64,000 bases of DNA from an uncultured Planctomycetota bacterium (GCA_963752285.1 CAVVXN010000005.1:960001-1024000); one strand, 5' to 3'. Shown: positions 22,408-33,177, counted from the stretch's first letter. Notes: generated by a model from the letters alone, not told the origin. Program-made: numbers and translations.

Positions 22408-23436
22408 ATGACCCGCGACCCGCGCGCCTTCCTGGTCCTCCCCGTCGCGCATCCGAAGGGCTGCCGGTCCTACGTGGTGATCGACCCTCCGAGTCGCGAG
22501 GCGGCGGTCGTGGACCCGCTGCTCGACCGCGTGTCCGAGGTGCAGCGCCTGCTCTCGGAGCACGGCGCGACGCTCCGGTGGATCGTGGACACGCACAGCC
22601 ACGCGGACCACCTCTCCGGCGCCGCGGCCCTCGCCGAACGAACCGGCGCCGAGATCGTGATGCACCCCGACGCGCCCTCCGAGATCGCGACCGTCCGGCC
22701 GGTGGACGGCGCGAGCCTCCCGTTGGGCGAGCGAGCCCTCCTCGTGCACCACGCGCCCGGGAACACGCCGGACGGCCTCGTGGTGGAGGCGCCGGGCGCG
22801 TTCTTCACGGGCGATGTCCTCCTGATCGGAACGGTCGGCCTGCGCGACGCCCCCGGCGCGGACGCGGAGGCGTGGTTCGCTACGCTCGGCCGCCTCTTCC
22901 GCGGCCGGGACGAGACCACGGTGATCCACCCCGGCCACGACGACATGGGCCGCACGCAGAGCACGCTCAAGCACGAGCGCACGGGCAACGCGTGGCTCCG
23001 CGCCGACGACATGGACGCGTTCCGCGAGCGGTACCGCGCGGACGACCGCCCCCCGCACCCGGAGGCCGCCGAGCGCCTCGAGGCGAACCGACGCGGGCTC
23101 ACGAAGCTCCCCCGCGACCTCGACGCGGCGGCCGGATTCGTGGACCCGGCGCACGCCACCGAGGCGGCGCTGAGGCGGGCGGCCCCGTGGGCGCCGCCCG
23201 CGCCCCGGCCCGCCCGCGCGTCGGGCGTGGCCGAGGGCGTCTACCTCGTCGCCGGAGGCGTCGTCGTCTCCGCGACGCTCCTCGGCTGGCTCGTCCACCC
23301 GCTCTTCCACGGGCTCTCCGCCGCGGCGGGCATCGCGCTCGTGGCCCTCGCGCTCGCCCGTCCGTCGGGACGCCGCCGCCGGGGCGACGATCCCGGGCTC
23401 TACTACGAGGGTCCGGCCAAGAAGACCCTCGGGTAG
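22408..23436 (+). CDS. MBL-fold protein (persulfide dioxygenase/ETHE1-like) with C-terminal membrane (DUF2892/YgaP-like) helices
   Basis: GCRSYVV, AAVVDP, DTHSHADHLSG, FTGDVLLIG, IHPGHD, STLKHERTGN; two C-terminal TM segments. Confidence 0.8.
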   Translation: MTRDPRAFLVLPVAHPKGCRSYVVIDPPSREAAVVDPLLDRVSEVQRLLSEHGATLRWIVDTHSHADHLSGAAALAERTGAEIVMHPDAPSEIATVRPVDGASLPLGERALLVHHAPGNTPDGLVVEAPGAFFTGDVLLIGTVGLRDAPGADAEAWFATLGRLFRGRDETTVIHPGHDDMGRTQSTLKHERTGNAWLRADDMDAFRERYRADDRPPHPEAAERLEANRRGLTKLPRDLDAAAGFVDPAHATEAALRRAAPWAPPAPRPARASGVAEGVYLVAGGVVVSATLLGWLVHPLFHGLSAAAGIALVALALARPSGRRRRGDDPGLYYEGPAKKTLG

Positions 23437-23525
23437 CCGTCTCGAACGCCGTGCTCGCCGCGCTTGCCCCACGTCGCGGGGGGCCTCGGCGGGGGTACGC
23501 TCGACGGACCACCGGAGTGCCCTCC

Positions 23526-24782
23526 ATGTCCGAAGCGAAGGACCGCCCCCTCGACGACGACCTCGAACGCGAGATCGAGGAGGCGCTCGGCGAGACCTCG
23601 CTGCTGGGCGTGGACCGGGCCCGGCGTCCGGCCCCGCCCCCGGCGCGGCCCCCGGGCGCCGACGCGAGCCGCGAGCCCGCGCCGCACGCCTTCGCCGACG
23701 CCACGGTCGCGGGCGTCGGGGCGGAGGACGTGTTCGTCGAGTTCGGACCGCGCGCCCAGGGCGTGGTGCCCGCCGAGCACTTCGCGACGCCCCCGACGAC
23801 CGGGGAGACGGTCCGCGTCTGGGTCGAGCGCTTCGACCCGAAGGAAGGCCTCTGGCTCTGCACGCTCAAGCGCGCGCTCCACGCCGCGGCCGGCTGGGAC
23901 ACCGTCGAGGTCGGCTCCGTGGTGAACGCGATCCCGCGCGCGGTGAACAAGGGCGGCCTCGACGTCCAGGTCGGCCACCTCACCGGATTCCTGCCCGCGT
24001 CGCACGCCGCCCTCGAGCGGATCGAGGACCTCTCGGTCCTCATCGGACAGTCGATGCCCGTCGAGGTGATCGAGTCCGACCCGGAGCGGCGGCGGCTCGT
24101 GGTCTCGCGCCGCGCGGTCCTCGCGCGCCAGCGCGACGAGCGCCGCGCCGAGGCGGTGGAGCTGTTGAGCGAGGGCCAGGTCGTCCACGGCCACGTGACG
24201 CGCGTCGAGAGATACGGCGCGTTCGTGGACGTCGGTGGCGTCGAGGGCCTCGTCCACGTGAGCCAGATGTCGTGGGTGCGCGTGGAGGACCCCACGACGG
24301 TCGTGAAGCCCGGCGACGAGGTGGACGTGCAGGTGCTCGGCGTCGAGGAGGAGGGGAAACGCATCCGCCTCGGCATGAAGCAGCTCCTCGAGGACCCGTG
24401 GATGCGCTTCACGGCCGAGCACCCGCCCGGCTCGGTCGTACCGGGCACCGTGACGCGCCTCCAGAGCTACGGCGCCTTCGTGCGCGTCGCCGAGGGCATC
24501 GAGGGCCTCGCGCACGTGAGTCAGCTCTCGCCCTCGCCCGTGGGGTCGCCCCGCGAGGTGGTGCGCATCGGTCAGGAGGTCTCCGTGCGCGTGGTGGACG
24601 TGGACGTCGAGCGGCGACGCATCGGGCTCTCCCTGCTGACGGAGCGCGGCGACCGCCTGACGGACGACGTCGCCGACACGGCCACGATCCGCGAGGTGCT
24701 CGACCGCGCGCGCTCGTCCGAGCCCGAGCCGACGCTCGGCGACATCCTGAAGAAGGCGCTGGGCGGTCGTGGCGGATCGTGA
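23526..24782 (+). CDS. S1 RNA-binding repeat protein (RpsA paralog, about 4 S1 domains)
   Basis: NKGGLDV..GFLPASH, RRRLVVSRRAVL, YGAFVDVGGVEGLVHVSQMSW, YGAFVRVAEGIEGLAHVSQL, C-terminal TLGDILKKAL; GGAG RBS. Confidence 0.9.
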   Translation: MSEAKDRPLDDDLEREIEEALGETSLLGVDRARRPAPPPARPPGADASREPAPHAFADATVAGVGAEDVFVEFGPRAQGVVPAEHFATPPTTGETVRVWVERFDPKEGLWLCTLKRALHAAAGWDTVEVGSVVNAIPRAVNKGGLDVQVGHLTGFLPASHAALERIEDLSVLIGQSMPVEVIESDPERRRLVVSRRAVLARQRDERRAEAVELLSEGQVVHGHVTRVERYGAFVDVGGVEGLVHVSQMSWVRVEDPTTVVKPGDEVDVQVLGVEEEGKRIRLGMKQLLEDPWMRFTAEHPPGSVVPGTVTRLQSYGAFVRVAEGIEGLAHVSQLSPSPVGSPREVVRIGQEVSVRVVDVDVERRRIGLSLLTERGDRLTDDVADTATIREVLDRARSSEPEPTLGDILKKALGGRGGS

Positions 24783-25443
24783 CGGCGCGGCGCCGTCCGG
24801 CGGCGCGCGGATCCTCGCGGGCGGCGACTTCCACCTCGGACCGCTGTGCCACGCGTTCGAGCGGTGCCTCGCAGGCGACGTGCTCCCGATCTTCCTCGGC
24901 GACCTCGTGAACCGCCCGCGCGAGGACGCGGGCGCCTTCCACGCGCTCGTCGCGCGGTGGGCCGAGGCGAACCCGGACCTCGTCGTGGTGCCGGGAAACC
25001 ACGATCCCGCCGACGCCGGCCCGTGGGAGGGCGTGCGGGTCCACGAGCGTCGCGGGCTCACGATTCTGGCCCTGCCGGTGATCCCGATCCTCTACAAGAT
25101 CCCCTCGTGGACCCACGAGCACTCCGAGGCGACGATCGCGCGGATGGTCGAGCCGTTCCGCGGGGGGACGTTCGACGTGGTCGCGTCGCACGCCCCGCCG
25201 TGGGGCGTCCTCGACCGCGTGCTCGGCGGGCGCCACGTGGGGAGCCGCGCGCTCCTCGACCTCGCCCACGAGATCGACTTCGGGATCTGGCTCTGCGGCC
25301 ACGCGCACGAGGGGTCGGGCCGCGAGAGCCGGATCGACGGACGCCCCGTGGTGAACGCGGCCCGCACGATCGTCGAGCGCACGGCGCCCGTGGTCGTCCG
25401 CCGACCCCGGGCGGAGCGGGCGAGCGCCCGCCCGCGGGAGTGA
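24769..25443 (+). CDS. calcineurin-like metallophosphoesterase
   Basis: GDFH, GDLVN, PGNHD, SHAPP, CGHAHE motifs in canonical order. Confidence 0.85.
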   Translation: MADRDGAAPSGGARILAGGDFHLGPLCHAFERCLAGDVLPIFLGDLVNRPREDAGAFHALVARWAEANPDLVVVPGNHDPADAGPWEGVRVHERRGLTILALPVIPILYKIPSWTHEHSEATIARMVEPFRGGTFDVVASHAPPWGVLDRVLGGRHVGSRALLDLAHEIDFGIWLCGHAHEGSGRESRIDGRPVVNAARTIVERTAPVVVRRPRAERASARPRE

Positions 25444-25458
25444 GCCGCCACGGCCGGG

Positions 25459-26907
25459 TCAGCGCCGCGGGTCGGCGAGACGGTGCTGGTGCGCGCCCGG
25501 CGCGCGGGGACGGCGCGGCGGGTGGAGCTCGAACGCGTGCCCCGCGCGGCGCGGCGCCGGGCCGAGCGCGCGCCAGTCGCGCACCGGGTCCTCCTCGAAG
25601 AAGTGGCGCTCCCGACCGAAGGCGGGGACCAGGTCGTCGAGCCAGGTCGCGTCGGCGTCGTAGCGGGCGAAGAACGGCCGACCCGCCCAGGAGGGGTTCC
25701 GCGCCTGGAGGAAGCGGAGGCAGAACACCTTCTCGCCGTGGACCTGCGAGACGCCGTCCACGACGACCTTCCCGGGCTCGGCCGACATGGCGGGCCCGCG
25801 CGCCGTCCGACCGAGGCCCGACACGGCGTTCCTCGCCCCGCGATAGATCTCGTGCGCGCGCGCGAGGGGCAGGTGGTAGTAGCGCTTCGCGCCGGTGTCG
25901 CGCTCCACGAACATGTAGTAGGGCACGCAGCCGAGCCGGACCTGCTCCCGCCAGAGCCGCGCCCAGACCTGGGGGTCGTCGTTCACGTGGCGGATCACGG
26001 GCGCCTGCGTGCGCACGACGGCGCCGGCGTCGCGAAGCCGGCGGATCGCCCGCCGCGCGATCTCGGGCTCGAGCTCCCGCGGATGAGAACCGTGCGCCAT
26101 GATCGCGACATGACGGCCGTTCTCGACCACGCGCTCGATCAGTCGAAGGAGGTCGTCCGCGTCGCGGTCCGTCACGAAGCGGTGCGGCCAGTACGCGAGC
26201 GCCTTCGTCCCGATGCGGACGTTTTGGACGTGCGCGAGCTCGTCCGAGAGCAGCGGCTCGATCCACCGGGCGAGGACCCGCGTGGAGAGGATCATCGGGT
26301 CGCCGCCCGTCAGCAGGACGTCCGTCGCCTCCGGGTGCCGGGCCAGGTACGCGGCCAGGAGCGCGGGATCGCGACACGCCTGCTTCAGATCCTCGATCCC
26401 GACGAACTGCGCCCAGCGGAAGCAGTATCCGCAGTACGCGTGACACGTCTGCGCGGCCGCCGGGAACACGAGCACCGTCTCGCGGTACTTGTGCTGCAGC
26501 CCCGCGAGCGGCTGGCCGTCGAGCGTGGGGACGTTCCGCTCGAGCTGCGCCCCCGGATGCGGGTTCAGCGCCCGGCGCACGCCGTCCGCCGCCTCGCGGA
26601 CCTCCCCCGGCGGGGCGCCCCGATCGACGAGCGTCGCGATCCGGTCGTACGCGTCGGGCTCCAGCATGTCGCGGTGCGGGAAGACGAGCCGGTACATCGG
26701 GTCGTCGGGCGCGCGCGACCAGTCGATCAGGTGCTCGAGGACGTAGTCGTTCACGCGGAACGGCAGGACGCTCGCCACGACCCGGATGTCCCGTCTCACC
26801 TCCTCGCCGAGACGCTCCACGACCGGCAGGTCGGCGAGGCGCGGGCCCGTGTGCACCACGGGCCGGGGGAACGACGAGCGAGGTCCGAGAGCGTGGGTCG
26901 GCGGCAT
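25459..26907 (-). CDS. KamA-family radical SAM 2,3-aminomutase
   Basis: LQHKYRETVLVFP, CHAYCGYCFR (CxxxCxxC), DVLLTGGDPM, RIGTK, PYYMFVERDTG, GPAMSAEPGKV (putative PLP Lys). Confidence 0.9.
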   Translation of the reverse strand: MPPTHALGPRSSFPRPVVHTGPRLADLPVVERLGEEVRRDIRVVASVLPFRVNDYVLEHLIDWSRAPDDPMYRLVFPHRDMLEPDAYDRIATLVDRGAPPGEVREAADGVRRALNPHPGAQLERNVPTLDGQPLAGLQHKYRETVLVFPAAAQTCHAYCGYCFRWAQFVGIEDLKQACRDPALLAAYLARHPEATDVLLTGGDPMILSTRVLARWIEPLLSDELAHVQNVRIGTKALAYWPHRFVTDRDADDLLRLIERVVENGRHVAIMAHGSHPRELEPEIARRAIRRLRDAGAVVRTQAPVIRHVNDDPQVWARLWREQVRLGCVPYYMFVERDTGAKRYYHLPLARAHEIYRGARNAVSGLGRTARGPAMSAEPGKVVVDGVSQVHGEKVFCLRFLQARNPSWAGRPFFARYDADATWLDDLVPAFGRERHFFEEDPVRDWRALGPAPRRAGHAFELHPPRRPRAPGAHQHRLADPRR

Positions 26908-27116
26908 CGAGACTCCGGTCGGGGCGAGGGATCCAGCGGGGAAGACCCCGTGCGGGGCCGGGTCGCGCCGATCGCGGAGGACCGCGCCGACGCGGGCGAC
27001 GCACGCGTCGAGGGGCCGACGAGGTCGCGAGACCGATCCCCGCCCGCGTCCCGTCGTCGTTTGGCCACCGCGCCGCCGGGAAGGCGACGCGCGACCGTCT
27101 CGACGCGCGCTCGCGG

Positions 27117-27145
27117 ATGCTACCCGCAGACGCGGCTGCGCACAA
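27117..27145 (-). promoter_or_regulatory. putative sigma70 promoter upstream of the KamA-like gene
   Basis: Minus strand TTGTGC-17nt-TAGCAT just downstream of the sdaA stop. Confidence 0.45.
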
Positions 27146-27160
27146 CCCACCGGCCGCCCG

Positions 27161-28543
27161 TCAGCACTCGGGAAGACTCACGGCGAGCCCTCCCTCGGCG
27201 GTCTCCTTGTACTCGCGGCGCATGTCGTCGCCCGTGCGCTTCATCACGCGGATCACGCGGTCGAGCGAGATGAGCGGCTGCACGGACGCGTGCAGCGCGA
27301 GCTCCGCCGCGCTCCACACCTTGGCCACGCCCATCGCGTTCCGCTCGATGCACGGCGCCTGAACGAGTCCCTTCAGCGGATCGCACGTGAGCCCGAGGTT
27401 GTGCTCGATCGCGATCTCCGCGGCGACCTCGCACTGGATCGGGCCGCCGCCGAGGATCTCGCAGAGCGCGGCCGACGCCATGGCGGTCGCGCTGCCGACC
27501 TCGCCCTGACAGCCGATCTCCGCACCGGAGAGGCTCGCGTGCGTCTTGATGATGAGCCCGATCACCCCCGCGGTCGCGAGCGCGCGCCGGATGCGCGGCG
27601 GGTCGAGTCCGAGCCGGTCGGCCGCCTCGACGAGCACGGCGGGCACGATTCCGGCGGCGCCGTTCGTCGGCGCCGTGACCACGCGGCCGCCCGCGGCGTT
27701 CTCCTCGTTCACGGCGAGGGCGTAGGCCTGGGCGCGCGCGATGTGCGCGTACCCCGTGTCCACACGCCCCTCACGGACGCGTTCGTACAGGTCCGCGGCG
27801 CGACGCTTCATACCGATCCCACCGGGCAGCTCGCCCCGCCGGCCGAGACCCCGGCGAATCGAGGCGCGCATCGCACCCCACACGAGGTCGAGGCCTTCGG
27901 CCGTCTCGCCGGGCACGACGTCCCATCGCGACTCGTTCTCGAGCACGAGGTCGCCGAAGCCGAGGCCCGTCTCCCGCGCCCTCGCGAGGAGCGAGCGGCC
28001 GTCGTAGAACTCGTGCACCGGAGGGACCGGGGCGTCGCCCGCGAAATCGCCGCGGGTACCCGTCCCGTCCCGGACGAATCCGCCCCCGGTGGAGCACCAG
28101 GTCTCCTCGAGGAGGAGTCGTCCCTCCGCGTCGAGCGCGCGGACCACGAGCGTGTTCGGATGCGGGAGGACCTCGTCCCTCGTCTCGGAGAACGAGAGGA
28201 ACCGGACGTCGTCCGGGTGCACGCGGACCTCGCCGGCGCCCCACGGCACGCGGGGGTCGGCCGCGAGCGTCTCGGAGAGCGCGAGCAGCGCGTCCACGTC
28301 GCAGGTGTCGGGCGCCCAGCCGAGCAGCCCGGCGAGCACGGCCCGGTCCGTGCCGTGCCCGCGCCCCGTGGCCGCGAGCGAGCCCTTGAGCGCCACGTCG
28401 AGGCGTGCGGGGACGATGCCCTCGGCGATCGCGCGCTCGCGGAACATCGCCGCGGCCCGCATCGGACCGACGGTGTGACTGGACGAGGGCCCGGGTCCGA
28501 TGCGGTACAGCTCGAGGAGGCGCGTCGTGATCGGCGGCGGCAT
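27161..28543 (-). CDS. sdaA: L-serine ammonia-lyase (Fe-S, single chain)
   Basis: IGPGPSSSHTVGPM, GSLAATGRGHGTD, STGGGF, EENAAGGRVVTAPTNGAAG, GCQGEVG, EHNLGLTCDP, PCIERN. Confidence 0.96.
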   Translation of the reverse strand: MPPPITTRLLELYRIGPGPSSSHTVGPMRAAAMFRERAIAEGIVPARLDVALKGSLAATGRGHGTDRAVLAGLLGWAPDTCDVDALLALSETLAADPRVPWGAGEVRVHPDDVRFLSFSETRDEVLPHPNTLVVRALDAEGRLLLEETWCSTGGGFVRDGTGTRGDFAGDAPVPPVHEFYDGRSLLARARETGLGFGDLVLENESRWDVVPGETAEGLDLVWGAMRASIRRGLGRRGELPGGIGMKRRAADLYERVREGRVDTGYAHIARAQAYALAVNEENAAGGRVVTAPTNGAAGIVPAVLVEAADRLGLDPPRIRRALATAGVIGLIIKTHASLSGAEIGCQGEVGSATAMASAALCEILGGGPIQCEVAAEIAIEHNLGLTCDPLKGLVQAPCIERNAMGVAKVWSAAELALHASVQPLISLDRVIRVMKRTGDDMRREYKETAEGGLAVSLPEC

Positions 28544-28547
28544 CCCC

Positions 28548-29378
28548 TCATGATCCCTCGGCCGAGGGGGAGACCCCGCCGAGGAGGCAGAGCGCGATGG
28601 CCGCCGCGGCGGCGACGTTCAGCGAGTCCACCGAGGGGTCGATCGGGATCCGCGCGCAGCGTGGCGCCCGCGCCAGCGCCTCGCGAGAGAGCCCGAGGCC
28701 CTCCGAGCCGAGGAGCAGCGCCCGCCGCGCGCCCAGGCCGGCCTGGACGTCCGCGATCGGGCGCGCGTCGGGCGCCGGGGTCAGGGCGACCACGTCGTAG
28801 CCGGCGTCCCGAAGGCGGTCGAGCGCGTCCGGCCACGGGACGGCGTCGGCGTACGGCAGCCGGAGCGCCGTCCCGAGCGAGGTCCTCAGCGCCTTCCGGT
28901 AGAGCGGGTGGGCGCAGCCCGGCGCGAGGAGCACGCACGTCGCGCCGAACGCCAGCGCGCTCCGGAAGATCGCCCCCACGTTGTCCGGGTCGGTGACGCC
29001 CTCGAGGACGACGACGAGCCGCGGCCCCGGCGCGAGCGCCCGCGGCCACGCGTCGGTCGTGGTCGGCAGGCGGGCGAGGCCTACGCAGCCCTGGTGGAAG
29101 CGGACGCCCGCGATCCCCGCGATCGTGGACGGCGCGTCCACGACCAGCACGTCGGCCCCCGCGGGGACCCTCGCGAGGGTCTCGCCGAGCCACGCGCGCG
29201 CCGGGGGTGTCAGCAGCAGGGCGACGAGCGCCTCCGGCCGCTCGCGAAGCAGCCGCGCGACCGTGCGCCGCCCCTCCGCCACGAAGAGGCCCTGGCGCCG
29301 GACGAGCGCCGGATCCGTCACGGTCCGGAACGGGTCCAGCCGCGGGTCGTCCGGGTCGAGGATCGGCGTCTCGACCAT
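28548..29378 (-). CDS. SpoU/TrmH-family RNA methyltransferase
   Basis: FVAEG, VVLEGVTDPDNVGAIFRSA, LLGSEGLGL, IPIDPSVDSLNVAAAAAI. Confidence 0.92.
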   Translation of the reverse strand: MVETPILDPDDPRLDPFRTVTDPALVRRQGLFVAEGRRTVARLLRERPEALVALLLTPPARAWLGETLARVPAGADVLVVDAPSTIAGIAGVRFHQGCVGLARLPTTTDAWPRALAPGPRLVVVLEGVTDPDNVGAIFRSALAFGATCVLLAPGCAHPLYRKALRTSLGTALRLPYADAVPWPDALDRLRDAGYDVVALTPAPDARPIADVQAGLGARRALLLGSEGLGLSREALARAPRCARIPIDPSVDSLNVAAAAAIALCLLGGVSPSAEGS

Positions 29379-29401
29379 GCCGGCCGCGCGGCGCTCGCGC
29401 C

Positions 29402-32308
29402 TCAGACCGACGCGCCGGCCCACGTCTCCACGGGCGGACAGGTGCAGACGAGGTTCTTGTCGCCGTAGACCCCGTCGATGCGTGCGACGGGCGGCCAGAA
29501 CTTCTGGTCGCGCATCCACGGGACCGGGAACGCCGCCTGCTCGCGCGAGTACGGGTGCGACCACGCGTCCGCCGTGACCCGCCGCGACGTGTGCGGCGCG
29601 TTCTTGAGCGGGTTGTCGTCCCTGTCCATCTCGCCCCGTTCGATGGCGTCGATCTCGCCGCGAATCGCGATGAGCGCGTCGCAGAGCCGGTCGAGCTCGG
29701 CCTTCGGCTCGCTCTCGGTCGGCTCGACCATGAGCGTCTCGTGGACCGGGAACGAGACGGTCGGCGCGTGGAACCCGTAGTCCATGAGCCGCTTCGCCAC
29801 GTCCTCCACCGTGACGCCCGCGTCGTGCTTCAGGTGCCGCATGTCGAGGATGAACTCGTGCGCGACCATTCCACGCGCGCCGCGGTACAGGATCGGGAAG
29901 TACGACGAGAGGCGCTTCGCCATGTAGTTGGCGTTCAGGATGGCGACCTCCGTCGCGCGCCGGAGCCCGTCGGCCCCCATCAGCCGCACGTAGACCCACG
30001 GGATCGGCAGGATCCCCGGGCTTCCCCACGGCGCCGCCGCCACCGGGCCGATCGCCTCCCGCCCGCCCGTCGGGACGACGGGGTGGCCGGGGAGGAACGG
30101 CGCGAGGTGTTCGGCGACCCCGATGGGGCCCATGCCCGGCCCGCCGCCGCCGTGCGGGATGCAGAACGTCTTGTGCAGGTTCAGGTGGCACACGTCCGCG
30201 CCGTAGTCGGCGGGCCGACAGATGCCGACCTGGGCGTTCATGTTGGCGCCGTCGAGGTATACCTGCCCGCCCGCGTCGTGGACGATCCTCGTGATCTCGC
30301 GGATGTCCTCCTCGAACACGCCGTGGGTGGACGGGTAGGTCACCATGATCGCGGAGAGGCGCTCCCGGTGCTCGGCCGCCTTCTTCGCGAGGTCCGCGAC
30401 GTCCACGTTCCCGTGCGCGTCGCACGCGACGACCACGACCTTCATGCCGGCCATCACCGCGCTCGCCGGGTTCGTGCCGTGCGCGGACTGCGGGATGAGG
30501 CACACGTCGCGGTGGCCCTCGCCCTGGTGCGCCTGGTAGGCGCGGATCACCAGCATCCCCGTGTACTCGCCCTGCGCGCCCGCGTTGGGCTGGAGCGAGA
30601 CGGCGGTGAACCCGGTGATCTCGGCGAGCCAGCGCTCGAGGTCCTCCCGGATCCGCCGGTAGCCCTGGGCCTGTTCCACGGGCGCGAACGGGTGGATCGA
30701 GGCGAACGCCGGCCATGTGATCGGGAGCATCTCGGCCGTCGCGTTGAGCTTCATCGTGCACGAGCCGAGCGGGATCATGGACGTGGTGAGCGACAGGTCG
30801 CGTCCCTGGAGGCGGTGCACGTAGCGCAGGAACTCGTGCTCCGACCGGCAGACGGCGAAGCACCCGTGGCGGAGCGGCGGCGAGGTGCGCGCGAACGGCG
30901 CGGGCCACGCCGGCTCGGCCTCGTCGGCGAGGTCGTCGAGCGTCGGGGACGCGCCGGAGCCCACGGCGAAGACCGCGATCAGGTCCTCGAGGTCGGGAGC
31001 GAGCACCGTCTCGTCGAGCGACACGCCGACGGCGCCGTCGTCGTAGCGCCGGAGGTTGATCTTGCGCGCGCGGGCCTCGGCCAGCACGGCCTCGCGACGC
31101 GCGGCGTCCATCTCGACCTTCAGCGTGTCGAAGAACGGCTCGTCGCCGATCGCGTAGCCGAGGCGGGTCAGCGCCGCGGCGAGGAGACCCGTGACGCGGC
31201 GGACGCGCGCGGCGATCCGGACGAGGCCGTCGGGGCCGTGGTAGACCGCGTACATCGCCGCCATGATCGCGAGCAGGACCTGCGCGGTGCAGATGTTGCT
31301 CGTCGCCTTGTCGCGGCGGATGTGCTGCTCCCGGGTCTGTAGCGCGAGCCGGAGCGCGGCGCCACCGTCCTGGTCGATCGACACGCCGACGAGGCGACCC
31401 GGCATCTGACGCTTGTACGCGTCCCGCGTGGCGAGGAACGCCGCGTGGGGCCCGCCGTACCCCATCGGGACCCCGAAGCGCTGGGTGCTCCCCACCGCGA
31501 CGTCCGCGCCCCACGCGCCGGGGGGCTCGAGCAGGACGAGCGCGAGCGGGTCGGTGACGCACACGACGAGCGCGCCCACCGCGTGCGCCTTCTCGACGAG
31601 CGACCGGTGGTCGCGGATGCGGCCGTCGGTGTCGGGGTACGCGACGAGGACCCCGACCGTGTCCGAGGACGGCTCCCACGACCGGGGGTCCCCCACCCGG
31701 ACGTCGATCCCGACCGCCTTCGCGCGCGTCTCGACCACGGCGATGGTCTGCGGGTGGCAGCCGCGGTCCACGAGGAACTCGTGCCCGGTCGCGCGCCGGT
31801 TCACCGCGAAGCAGAGGTGCATGGCCTCGGCCGCCGCCGTTCCCTCGTCGAGCAGGCTCGCGTTCGCGACGGGGAGGTCGGTGAGCTCGCTCACCATCGT
31901 CTGGAACGCGAGCAGGGCCTCGAGCCGGCCCTGGGAGATCTCCGCCTGGTAGGGCGTGTACTGCGTGTACCAACCGGGGTTCTCGAGGATGTTCCGCTGG
32001 ACGACCGGCGGCGTGATCGTGCCGTGGTAGCCGAGCCCGATGTACGACCGCCAGACCTCGTTCTGGTCCGCGATGCCCCGGATCTCGCAGAGGACCTCCC
32101 ACTCCGACGCGGCGGGCGGGAGGTCGAGGGGTCGCTCCAGCCGGATCGAACGCGGCACGGTGCGGTCCACGAGCTCGTCGAGGGAGGCGAGCCCGAGGAG
32201 GTCCAACATCTGTCGGACCTCGTCGGCTCCGGGGCCGACGTGGCGTCGAAGGAAGCGGTCTGTCGGGGCGAGGGAGGCGTCGAGACGCGAGGCGGTGGTC
32301 GTCGTCAT
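29402..32308 (-). CDS. gcvP: glycine dehydrogenase (P-protein)
   Basis: [71 protein letters not shown]. Confidence 0.98.
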   Translation of the reverse strand: MTTTTASRLDASLAPTDRFLRRHVGPGADEVRQMLDLLGLASLDELVDRTVPRSIRLERPLDLPPAASEWEVLCEIRGIADQNEVWRSYIGLGYHGTITPPVVQRNILENPGWYTQYTPYQAEISQGRLEALLAFQTMVSELTDLPVANASLLDEGTAAAEAMHLCFAVNRRATGHEFLVDRGCHPQTIAVVETRAKAVGIDVRVGDPRSWEPSSDTVGVLVAYPDTDGRIRDHRSLVEKAHAVGALVVCVTDPLALVLLEPPGAWGADVAVGSTQRFGVPMGYGGPHAAFLATRDAYKRQMPGRLVGVSIDQDGGAALRLALQTREQHIRRDKATSNICTAQVLLAIMAAMYAVYHGPDGLVRIAARVRRVTGLLAAALTRLGYAIGDEPFFDTLKVEMDAARREAVLAEARARKINLRRYDDGAVGVSLDETVLAPDLEDLIAVFAVGSGASPTLDDLADEAEPAWPAPFARTSPPLRHGCFAVCRSEHEFLRYVHRLQGRDLSLTTSMIPLGSCTMKLNATAEMLPITWPAFASIHPFAPVEQAQGYRRIREDLERWLAEITGFTAVSLQPNAGAQGEYTGMLVIRAYQAHQGEGHRDVCLIPQSAHGTNPASAVMAGMKVVVVACDAHGNVDVADLAKKAAEHRERLSAIMVTYPSTHGVFEEDIREITRIVHDAGGQVYLDGANMNAQVGICRPADYGADVCHLNLHKTFCIPHGGGGPGMGPIGVAEHLAPFLPGHPVVPTGGREAIGPVAAAPWGSPGILPIPWVYVRLMGADGLRRATEVAILNANYMAKRLSSYFPILYRGARGMVAHEFILDMRHLKHDAGVTVEDVAKRLMDYGFHAPTVSFPVHETLMVEPTESEPKAELDRLCDALIAIRGEIDAIERGEMDRDDNPLKNAPHTSRRVTADAWSHPYSREQAAFPVPWMRDQKFWPPVARIDGVYGDKNLVCTCPPVETWAGASV

Positions 32309-32552
32309 GGCGGGGTTTGGGGACCTCGGCGAGGCCGCGCGGATCGACTCGCGCGCGGCCCTCGGTTGGGTGTCGGAGCGTCATTCTGCCCGCGCTCGCC
32401 CAGGCGCCCCCAGATTCGCGCGGGCGCCGCGCGACGGGCCTTTGGGCCGGCGGTCGGTCCCGCGCGGCGCGTGACCGCGGGGCGCGGTACCCTCGGCCGC
32501 GTCCCGTCGGGCAGGGATCCCGCGGGCCGGCCGGGCGAGGCGAGGACGAGCG

Positions 32553-33047
32553 ATGAGCGGACGGGCCGAGACCGAGACCGGAGCCGGCGAGCGGAGCCTC
32601 CAGGAGCGATTCGCGCCCGAGAACCGCTGCTTCGGCTGCGGCCCGGCGAACGAGAGGGGCCTCCGGATCCGGAGCTTCGAGGAGGGCGACGAGCTCGTGG
32701 CGACGTGGCGCGCGTCCCCGCACCACGAGGCCTGGGACGGGACCGTGAACGGCGGCATCGTGAGCACGCTCCTCGACTGCCACGGCAACTGGACCGCGGC
32801 CTGGCACCTCAAGCAGCGCCGCGGAACCGATGTGCTGCCCTCGACCGTGACGGCGGAGCTTCACGTGAAGCTCCTGAGGCCCACGCCGTCCCGGGAGCCG
32901 TTGACGCTCCGGGCGAAGGTCGTCGAGTCCACGGACGACCGCGCGGTGGTCGAGGCGCGGATCGAGGCGGGGGGCAAGGTGACCGCGACGTGCCGGGGCG
33001 TGTTCGCGTCGGTGGAGCCGGGACACCCTGCGTACCACCGCTGGTGA
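32553..33047 (+). CDS. PaaI/hotdog-fold thioesterase
   Basis: CFGCGPANERGL, NGGIVSTLLDCH, VTAELHVKLLRPTP, HPAYHRW. Confidence 0.88.
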   Translation: MSGRAETETGAGERSLQERFAPENRCFGCGPANERGLRIRSFEEGDELVATWRASPHHEAWDGTVNGGIVSTLLDCHGNWTAAWHLKQRRGTDVLPSTVTAELHVKLLRPTPSREPLTLRAKVVESTDDRAVVEARIEAGGKVTATCRGVFASVEPGHPAYHRW

Positions 33048-33177
33048 GAGGTCGGGGCTCCGACGCGGCCCCCGACCACGAGCACGGGCCCGAGAGCGAG
33101 CACGCGCCCACGTCCCGGTGCCCGTGACCCCGTCCTGCGACGCGGGTAGTCTGTATCGCCCTCGAGGGAGTCCCGAC

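Noticed and set aside
25459..26907. EpmB (EF-P beta-lysylation) assignment
   Set aside because: Longer than EpmB, with different C-terminal motifs and no efp/epmA neighbours.
32309..32552. Glycine riboswitch upstream of gcvP
   Set aside because: The GGAGA...CCGAAG...CTCTCAGG core is not found on the minus strand; only a generic GC hairpin is present.
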